Assembly (NCBI GenBank): GCA_020440645.1
Contig: JAGRNR010000009.1
Location: forward strand, 5,092-69,091
DNA from: a bacterium
GTDB taxonomy: Bacteria; 4484-113; JAFGCY01
Reading direction: 5' to 3'
Length of the DNA stretch: 64,000 nucleotides
Shown: positions 36,716-43,453 of the stretch, one piece after another
Layout of the letters: every line of letters begins with the position of its first letter
How positions within the stretch are numbered: the stretch's first letter is position 1
Notes under the pieces: model-generated
Database searches by the model: none
Told to the model about the DNA's origin: nothing
The model's input: only the letters and a program-made list of their open reading frames with translations
Translations under genes and position numbers: made by a program

Positions 36716-37866
36716 CACTTGTCGACCTCCCCGATCATGATGTCGAGGCTGCCGTAGATCACGAACAGGTCCGCCAGCAGGTAGCCGCGGCACAGCTCGT
36801 CCAGCAGGAACAGGTGGTACAGGCTCGGCGCACGCAGGTGCATGCGGCTCGGGCGGTTGCTGCCGTCGCTGACGAGTGTCAGGCCGAGCTCGCCGCGCGG
36901 GCTCTCGACCGCCGTGTAGACCTCGCCGCGTGAGACCTGCATCGCAGCGAAGTCTGGGCTGACATCCGCCGCCCGCAGCTCGCCGTTGTCAATGTAAGCC
37001 AGGCAGTGCTCAATGATGCGCAGGCTCTCGCGCATCTCGACGAAGCGCACGCGGTAGCGGTCCAGCACATCGCCATACTCGCCGGTCGGCACATGCAGCT
37101 CCAGCTCGCCGTACATCGCATAGGGCTGGTCGCGGCGCAGGTCATGCGCGATCCCGCTGCCGCGCAGCACGGGCCCGGTGGCACCGTGCTCGAAGGCGAA
37201 CTCGGGCTCGAGCGTGCCGATCAGCTCGCTGCGGTTGACCCAGATCGCGTTGTCAGAGAAGAAGTCCTCGTATTCATCCAGCCGGCCCTGGAACCACAGG
37301 CAGAATGCCCGCACATGGCCGCTGAAGTCCTCCGGCGGGGCAGTGCGCACGCCGCCGGGCACGATCCAGCCGTGGTGGTGGCGGTGCCCGCTGAGCATCT
37401 CCAGCAGGTCGAGCAGCATCTCGCGCTCGCGCAGCGAGATGAAGATCGGGGTGTAGGCGCCGGCCTCCAGGCCGAGGTTGCCAAACCAGAACAGGTGGTT
37501 GCCGATCCGGCTCAGCTCCAGCACAAGGGTGCGCAGCCACTGCGCACGGGCCGGAACCGTGATCCCCTCGATGCGCTCGATGGCGTCCGCCACCAGCCAG
37601 TCCGCATTGCTGCCGGCCAGCCACTCGCAGCGGGACAACAGCCCCGCCGCCTGGGCGTAGTTGCGCTGGGTCACCAGCTGCTCCACGCCGCGGTGCATGA
37701 AGCCGACCTCCGGCGTGATGCGCTCGATCAGCTCGCCGTCCGCCTGTACCCGCAGTTCCAGCGGGCTCGGCAGGCTCGGATGCTGCGGGCCGACGGAGTA
37801 GACCAGCTTCTCGGTCAGCAGCGGGTCGCGGCGGATCTCGACACGGCGATCAGAGCTGCGCGTCAT
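36715..37866 (-). CDS. nuoD: Complex I 49-kDa subunit NuoD-like (no [NiFe] cysteine motifs)
   Basis: Motifs VGPQHPS, EVGFMHRGVEQL, RIGNHLFWFG and C-terminal SLDIMIGEVDK. ATG at 37866 (the track starts at the TTG three nt upstream). Overlaps nuoC by about 20 nt. Confidence 0.85.
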   Translation of the reverse strand: MTRSSDRRVEIRRDPLLTEKLVYSVGPQHPSLPSPLELRVQADGELIERITPEVGFMHRGVEQLVTQRNYAQAAGLLSRCEWLAGSNADWLVADAIERIEGITVPARAQWLRTLVLELSRIGNHLFWFGNLGLEAGAYTPIFISLREREMLLDLLEMLSGHRHHHGWIVPGGVRTAPPEDFSGHVRAFCLWFQGRLDEYEDFFSDNAIWVNRSELIGTLEPEFAFEHGATGPVLRGSGIAHDLRRDQPYAMYGELELHVPTGEYGDVLDRYRVRFVEMRESLRIIEHCLAYIDNGELRAADVSPDFAAMQVSRGEVYTAVESPRGELGLTLVSDGSNRPSRMHLRAPSLYHLFLLDELCRGYLLADLFVIYGSLDIMIGEVDK

Positions 37867-38434
37867 CAAGCACCTCCCGCATCGCCGCGTCCGCGCGCTG
37901 TTTCAGCACGTTTTCAGCGTAGTTCTCATGTGAGGCAGCCCTGAACTCCCGCCTGAGCGGGAAGCCCTGCAGCTGCGGGTCGAGGATCAGGCCAATGAGG
38001 TTAGGGTTGCCGGCGAAGGGGATGCCGAAGAACTCGAAGATCTCGCGCTCCATCAGCTCCGTGGCCCGCCAGATCAGGCTCAGGCTGGGGTGCACGCTCT
38101 GCCCGGCATAGGCCGGCGCGGCCTCGCTGTCCTCCCCGCCCGGATCCGTTGCCGGGGGATTGCCCTCCAGCAGGGTGAATTTCCATTTCAGTGTGAGGCT
38201 GACGTCATGCCGCCTGCCGTGCCTGAGCGTCAGGTAGAGGTGGAAGTCCGGCCCGCCGAGGTGGTTGGCGGTCATGTTCAGCGCACGGATGAAGCCGATG
38301 TTCTTCAGCTGGCGGCAGACCAGCGGCAGCTGGCCGCTGTCCGTCAGGATCGCCCAGCCGCGGGCGGGGTCCAGCAGCAGCACATCACCGCAGTCCTCAC
38401 GGATCTGACCGGCAAGCTCATCAGGGAGCACCAA
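37850..38434 (-). CDS. nuoC: Complex I 30-kDa subunit NuoC
   Basis: NuoC signature SLSLIWRATELMEREIFEFFGIPFAGNPNLIGLIL. First gene of the operon, downstream of an AT-rich spacer. Confidence 0.85.
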   Translation of the reverse strand: MVLPDELAGQIREDCGDVLLLDPARGWAILTDSGQLPLVCRQLKNIGFIRALNMTANHLGGPDFHLYLTLRHGRRHDVSLTLKWKFTLLEGNPPATDPGGEDSEAAPAYAGQSVHPSLSLIWRATELMEREIFEFFGIPFAGNPNLIGLILDPQLQGFPLRREFRAASHENYAENVLKQRADAAMREVLDDAQL

Positions 38435-38749
38435 GTCCTCCCCATCCTGGCTGGATTACGGCAATCGGCATACAGGTATAAACGATCAAAAGCCCCACAG
38501 CGTTACCTTATACATACAAAATGCAAAGGCTTTTGTAATTCTAGCCGATGGGGCAGCGCTGATCACCGCCTGCAGGCAATTGGTTGAAGGGCGTGTGGGT
38601 CTGCCAGCCCAATTGTTAACAGCGGGAAAATCAAAGTAAAGTCCCGATTCAATTAGTTGATTCATTATCTTGCGAGCCTGGATAATTTCTATAATTCAAA
38701 TCGTCAGACCCAGTCTGTACCGGTTGAATTCAAGATTCCAGGTCAAGGC
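38435..38749. promoter_or_regulatory. AT-rich divergent promoter region between nuoC (minus strand) and the small-membrane-protein/histidine-kinase pair (plus strand)
   Basis: AT-rich sequence with TATAAT-like hexamers (ggataatttctataattcaaatcg; caattgttaacagcgggaaaatcaaagtaaag), in contrast to the flanking GC-rich coding sequence. Confidence 0.4.
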
Positions 38750-39025
38750 ATGCCACAGCAGCATGAATTAATTACTGCAATCCTCGGACTTGGCGTGTTG
38801 TTGCTGATGATCGTGCAACGCCGCCAGCTGCGGCTCATCCCTGACTACCGCTGGCTGTTCCTCTCCTACTGCCTGATCCTGCTGGCCTGGCTGCTGACCA
38901 TTGCGGAAGATTACTGGCTGCCGGTCTACATGAACCTGCTGGAGCATATCTGTTACCTGGCCAGCGCAGCGCTGGTCGCCTGGTGGACACAGAAGTTCCT
39001 CAGAAGGGAAGCGCCACAGCAATGA
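38750..39025 (+). CDS. Small hypothetical membrane protein (about 91 aa) translationally coupled to the histidine kinase gene
   Basis: ORF 38657..39025. Likely start MPQQHELITAILGLGVLLLM. Its TGA stop overlaps the kinase ATG (ATGA). Confidence 0.45.
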   Translation: MPQQHELITAILGLGVLLLMIVQRRQLRLIPDYRWLFLSYCLILLAWLLTIAEDYWLPVYMNLLEHICYLASAALVAWWTQKFLRREAPQQ

Positions 39026-40836
39026 GCATGCTGCTGACGGTGTTTGACCTGCTGAGCCTGCTGGCCGTGCTGTCTGCACTGTGGCTGGCGGCAGCCAGGC
39101 GGATTGCCGGCCTGCGGCGTGACTACCTGTGGTGCCTGATCATCCTGCTGGTGGTGCTGGGTCTCAACTTCCTCAGCAACCTGCTGGACAACAGCGGGCT
39201 GAGCCCCTGGCTGGAGCGCTTCGAGGACTACCCCGGACTGCTGCAGCCGGTGTTCTGGGGCATCCTCCTGATGAGCCTGGTGCAGGACCGCGCCCTGCGC
39301 CGCACCGAGCTCTCTGAACAGCGGCTGCGCGGCCTGCTGGACGCGATGCGTGACGGGGTTGCCACTATTGACCCGGGTGGCGTGTTCCGCTTTGCCAACC
39401 CGGCGGCCGCGGAAATCCTCGGGGTTGCCCACGGCAGCCTTAGCGGCCGCAGTCTGGACGAGTTCTGGCTGGCTACCGAATCGCATACTTGCCGGATGCT
39501 GCCACATTCCCCGGGCCAGGATTACAGCGCCTACGAATGCGGCATCCGCCATGGCAGCGGCGACAGCCTCGTGCTGCTGCTGCAGGTCTCGCCGATCCCG
39601 GGCCAGCCCCGCCAGCGCCTGCTGTTCATGCATGATGTGACCCCGCTGCGCCGGGCCGAGCACAGCCTGCAGCAGGCCCAGGCCCAGCTCGGACAGGCCC
39701 AGCGGCTGGAGGCGATCGGCACGCTGGCCAGCGGCATCGCCCATGACTTCAACAACATCCTGTTCGCGATTTCCGGCAACAGCCAGATCGCGCTGGATAC
39801 TGAGGGACTGACCGTCGATGCGCGGGAGAGCCTGCGCGAGATCGACACCGCCAGCCGCCGCGCCTCCGACCTGGTGGCGCAGATCCTCAACTTCAGCCGC
39901 AGCGAGAAGAGCCGGACACGGGACCTGTTGCCACTTCCGGTTGTCAAGGAAGTGCTGCGCCTGCTGCGCTCCACCGTGCCGCCGCAGGTCAGCATCCAGC
40001 TCAGCCATGACGAATCGACGTGCCGGATCCATGCCGACCCGACCGACCTGCACCAGCTGCTGATGAACCTCTGCACCAATGCGATCCAGGAGATGGCGGT
40101 GGAGGGCGGGACGCTGCGGGTCCGGTTGGAGTGCAGCAATCCACCGCCGACACTGGCCGAGCGGGGAATGCTGCAGCCTAAACCACACCTGATGCTCAAG
40201 GTCAGTGACACGGGGGGCGGTATTCCACCGGATGCGCTGCCGCACATCTTCGAGCCCTTCTTCACGACCAAGCCAAGCGGTGAGGGCACCGGTCTAGGGC
40301 TGTTCGTTGTCAGCGGGATCGTCAAGCGCCTGCAGGGACAGATCGAGATTGACAGCGAACCGGGCCATGGCAGCAGCTTCACGGTCTGGCTGCCGCTGTC
40401 CAGCGGGGCCGCTGATGCCGACGATGCCGGGCCGGGGCAGGCCACCGGCCGCGGCCGGGGCCGGCTGCTGGTGGTTGACGACGAGCCGGCGGTCAACCGG
40501 GTGCTGGCGCTGATGCTCGGCCAGCTCGGCTACAAGGTGACAACCTATAGCGACAGCTACCGCGCGCTCAGTGAGTTCCAGACCAACCCGGAGCAGTACG
40601 ACCTGCTGCTGTGCGACATCTCGATGCCGGGCCTGCGCGGCGATGAACTGGTGAAGCGGATACGCTCCGTTCGCCCAGGCCTGCCGGTGGTGCTGTGCTC
40701 CGGCAATCCGGATGTTCTGCCTCCGGGCAGTGCAACTGAACTGGGTGTGCATGCAGTGCTTAAGAAACCGGTTGACAAGCCACAGCTGGCGGATTGCATC
40801 GCCGAGGCACTTGGCAGTAACCGTGCACAGGCCTGA
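39022..40836 (+). CDS. Hybrid sensor histidine kinase (TM sensor, PAS, HisKA, HATPase_c and C-terminal receiver domains)
   Basis: ORF 38983..40836. H-box IGTLASGIAHDFNNIL. HATPase G-boxes DTGGGIP and GEGTGLGL. REC domain LLVVDDEPAVNRVL ... DLLLCDISMPG ... K. PAS-like segment before the H-box. Confidence 0.8.
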   Translation: MSMLLTVFDLLSLLAVLSALWLAAARRIAGLRRDYLWCLIILLVVLGLNFLSNLLDNSGLSPWLERFEDYPGLLQPVFWGILLMSLVQDRALRRTELSEQRLRGLLDAMRDGVATIDPGGVFRFANPAAAEILGVAHGSLSGRSLDEFWLATESHTCRMLPHSPGQDYSAYECGIRHGSGDSLVLLLQVSPIPGQPRQRLLFMHDVTPLRRAEHSLQQAQAQLGQAQRLEAIGTLASGIAHDFNNILFAISGNSQIALDTEGLTVDARESLREIDTASRRASDLVAQILNFSRSEKSRTRDLLPLPVVKEVLRLLRSTVPPQVSIQLSHDESTCRIHADPTDLHQLLMNLCTNAIQEMAVEGGTLRVRLECSNPPPTLAERGMLQPKPHLMLKVSDTGGGIPPDALPHIFEPFFTTKPSGEGTGLGLFVVSGIVKRLQGQIEIDSEPGHGSSFTVWLPLSSGAADADDAGPGQATGRGRGRLLVVDDEPAVNRVLALMLGQLGYKVTTYSDSYRALSEFQTNPEQYDLLLCDISMPGLRGDELVKRIRSVRPGLPVVLCSGNPDVLPPGSATELGVHAVLKKPVDKPQLADCIAEALGSNRAQA

Positions 40837-40884
40837 CGGGCGGGCGCGTCAGTGCTTTGTGATATACATGGGGAGGAGGCAGGC

Positions 40885-41250
40885 ATGGCGAAGAAGAAGT
40901 TCGAGGATGTGGACCCGCAGGTGCTGGCGGCCTACATGAAGATGATCGGGGGCGTTGAAGGGGTCGAGGCCAAGGGGGCCGCCGCGCCGTACACCTCCCT
41001 GAATGGCAATATGTACTCCAGTATCTCGAAGTTCAACGAGATCGGCCTGCGGCTGGCGAAGGATGAGCGCGAGGCCTTCCTCGAGAAGTACGACACCCGG
41101 CTCTACCACTCCATCCCCGGATATGTGCAGCGGGAGTATGTCACCGTGCCGCCTGCACTGTTTGGCAACACACGCACTCTGCGCAGCTGGTTCCGGAAGT
41201 CCTACGACTACGTCTCATCACTGCCGGCGAAGCCCACGAAGAAGAAGTAG
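40885..41250 (+). CDS. Hypothetical protein (about 121 aa)
   Basis: ORF 40852..41250. Likely start MAKKKF, preceded by GGAGGAGG. Lys-rich termini. No assignable motif. Confidence 0.5.
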   Translation: MAKKKFEDVDPQVLAAYMKMIGGVEGVEAKGAAAPYTSLNGNMYSSISKFNEIGLRLAKDEREAFLEKYDTRLYHSIPGYVQREYVTVPPALFGNTRTLRSWFRKSYDYVSSLPAKPTKKK

Positions 41251-41320
41251 CGGGAAGGATTTCGGCGCTCGCTTGTCGGCAGTAGCGGGCGCGCTTGGCG
41301 ACGCCATGGAGTGATTGCCG

Positions 41321-41471
41321 CGAAGCAATGAGTGATGGTGTGTTGGTCTGCAGACCAACAGGGCCCTGTGGCTCTCAAGAGCCACACTCCGCCGCGTGCG
41401 CGCAGCCACGCGGAAAGCCCCTCTGCAATGAGCAATGCGGAGCAAGCAATGAGCCCGACGACACTCATTGC
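41321..41471. other. Cluster of four consecutive hairpins/palindromes with a thrice-repeated GCAATGAG motif in a 490-bp convergent intergenic spacer (candidate structured RNA or repeat element)
   Basis: TTGGTCTGCAGACCAA (perfect 16-bp palindrome, 41343-41358). GTGGCTCT-ca-AGAGCCAC (41368-41385). CGCGTG-cgcgcagc-CACGCG (41393-41412). GCAATGAG-cccgacgaca-CTCATTGC (41445-41470). GCAATGAG also occurs at 41325 and 41425. Confidence 0.35.
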
Positions 41472-41741
41472 CAGACTCTGCGGCTCTGCGTTCACCAATA
41501 TCGCTCCACCCCAGCCGCATTGCCAACCAAGTGCAGGCTAGCCTCAGCCCAGTCAAACTGGAGAATTGTCAACACAGAGCCACCGAGCGCACAGAGTTTT
41601 CTGATCAGCTCCAGTCCCCGCATTTCCCTGACTTCGCTGCATCCCCTCCCAATCGCGGCTGGGCCGCGCCGGTTCTTCCGGTAACCCTGACCCTTGTTCT
41701 TCAGGTTGACTGATTCACTGGGAAATCCGAGACGAGCCAGT

Positions 41742-42539
41742 CTATGAATACAGAAGATCCTCAAAATCCTCCGTCAGCTCTCCATGGAAAGTAGGGTAGT
41801 CAACCCTCCGGACATTGCGCCGCCATGGTCGCGGCCCCAGCTCGCTGCTTGTAAGCAGCTTGAGGTGAAGCGGATCGACATCTGTTGCCAGGCTGCATTC
41901 CGATCCGATGATCCCGTCTTTGTCCATGAAGTCCGTGTTTGGCCAGATATTGAAACTGCGACCGGATGACGTCCGGATCGAAGTCGGATTGAAGCCCATG
42001 GCAATCTCCATGGCATTGTAGCTTTCCCTGCGGATATCCAGCGGCAGGGCAAACCTTGACTGCTCAACATGCGCTGCATCCGACAATGCAGACTCTCCCT
42101 TTTGCCATTCGGGAAGGGGCATCGAGGCACTCAGGATGACAAAGGCCTTCTCTTGCCAGACGCCCGCATGATCCCTGACACAGCATGGGAACATCAGCCA
42201 CTTCATCCGCCGTTGAAACGCCGCGAATCCCACGCTGCCAATGTTCAGCAGCAGTTCCGCAAGCACTTTCGCCGGTTTCTCCATACCGGCATCCCAGGAC
42301 CTGGCCTTATCCAGGCAGCCTGCCGGAATTCTGAGCAGAAATCCCGATGCATGATCGAGATACCAGTCGGCATTGCATCTGGTGCAGATGTGCAGGATTC
42401 CGCGTTGCCAGCTTTCCCTGCGGATGATGAGCTTGTGCAGTTTGAAGTATGGGGTTTCCTCCCGGACACTTGCAGGAGGATCAGGATCCCAGGGGAGTGA
42501 TTCCCTGACCTGACAAGGGCAGCTGGCCTTGATACTCAT
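41742..42539 (-). CDS. Hypothetical protein (265 aa) with an N-terminal Cys cluster (CPC...CTRC), co-oriented downstream of nuoA-nuoB
   Basis: Protein-like composition, 20 nt downstream of the nuoB stop. The four Cys in SCPCQ...HICTRC suggest a small zinc-ribbon. Not a ferredoxin-type CxxCxxCxxxCP motif. Confidence 0.5.
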   Translation of the reverse strand: MSIKASCPCQVRESLPWDPDPPASVREETPYFKLHKLIIRRESWQRGILHICTRCNADWYLDHASGFLLRIPAGCLDKARSWDAGMEKPAKVLAELLLNIGSVGFAAFQRRMKWLMFPCCVRDHAGVWQEKAFVILSASMPLPEWQKGESALSDAAHVEQSRFALPLDIRRESYNAMEIAMGFNPTSIRTSSGRSFNIWPNTDFMDKDGIIGSECSLATDVDPLHLKLLTSSELGPRPWRRNVRRVDYPTFHGELTEDFEDLLYS

Positions 42540-42558
42540 GGTTCATGGTAATGCGATC

Positions 42559-43011
42559 CTACCGCCACGCAAACCGCTCATCCAGCGCACCCGAGAGGAT
42601 GCGCTCCCGGAGCGCGATGATGCCGTCGATCAGCTGCTCGGGCCGCGGCGGGTCGCCCGGCACATAGATGTCCACTGGTACGATGCGGTCCACTCCCCCG
42701 TCCACCGCATAGCTGCCGTCGAAGGGCGCGCCGCTGATCGCCCCCGCGCCAAACGCCATCACGAAGGCCGGGTCGGCCATCGAGGCATGCAGCCGGCGGA
42801 TCACCGGGGCCATCTTGTTGTTGACGACGCCGGCCACGATCAAAAGGTCCACCTGGCGCGGGCTGGGGCGCATCACCTCAGAGCCGAAGCGCGCGATGTC
42901 ATAGCGCGGCGAGATCGCGCTGAACAGTTCCAGCGTGGCGTAGTCCAGTCCGAGCATCAGCGGCCACAGGGAATGGGCACTGGCCTCGCGGATGAGGTCC
43001 TTCAGACCCAT
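42559..43011 (-). CDS. nuoB: Complex I 20-kDa subunit NuoB-like, with all four N2 cluster cysteine ligands replaced
   Basis: Clear NuoB scaffold (SLWPLMLGLDYATLELFSAISPRYDIARFGSEVMRPSPRQVDLLIVAGVVNNKMAPVIRRL ... RIVPVDIYVPGDPPRPEQL). The canonical CC, C (GACATSG) and C (PGCPP) positions read DY, G (GAGAISG) and D (PGDPP). Confidence 0.8.
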   Translation of the reverse strand: MGLKDLIREASAHSLWPLMLGLDYATLELFSAISPRYDIARFGSEVMRPSPRQVDLLIVAGVVNNKMAPVIRRLHASMADPAFVMAFGAGAISGAPFDGSYAVDGGVDRIVPVDIYVPGDPPRPEQLIDGIIALRERILSGALDERFAWR

Positions 43012-43400
43012 TCCAGCGCTCCCTTGCGGTAGGCATAGGCCCAGCCGACGAGCAGGATGCCGAGGAACACGAACATCTCGCCCAGTGAGGCGGCCCCGAT
43101 CGGCGTGAAGGTGATGTCGTCATTGCCGAACACCAGCAGCCGGAAAGCGGTGGCCCAGGGGAAGATGAACATGATGTCCACGTCGAACATGAGGAACACG
43201 ATCGCGAGGATGTAGAAGCGGATGTTGAAGCGCACCAGCGCATCGCCGGTGGCCTGCGCGCCGGATTCATAGCTCAGGCGCTTGAGGAAGTTCGGCCGCC
43301 GCGGACGCCACAGGTTCAGGAAAGCGAATGCCAGCCCGATCAGCACCGCCCCGCCCAGCAGGAAGAGTGCCACCCAGTTGTACTGTCCAACGGTGTTCAT
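43002..43400 (-). CDS. nuoA: Complex I subunit NuoA
   Basis: 132 aa, three TM. The NuoA motif is FDVDIMFIFPWA. Overlaps nuoB by 10 nt. Confidence 0.85.
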   Translation of the reverse strand: MNTVGQYNWVALFLLGGAVLIGLAFAFLNLWRPRRPNFLKRLSYESGAQATGDALVRFNIRFYILAIVFLMFDVDIMFIFPWATAFRLLVFGNDDITFTPIGAASLGEMFVFLGILLVGWAYAYRKGALEWV

Positions 43401-43453
43401 GTCTCACTTGCGGCAGCAGGCCGCTCCCTGATTATAGGCCAGAGCGGGCAGGC

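Noticed and set aside
38953-40245. 430-aa minus-strand ORF
   Set aside because: Antisense to the hybrid histidine kinase, which has clear H-box, G-box and REC motifs.
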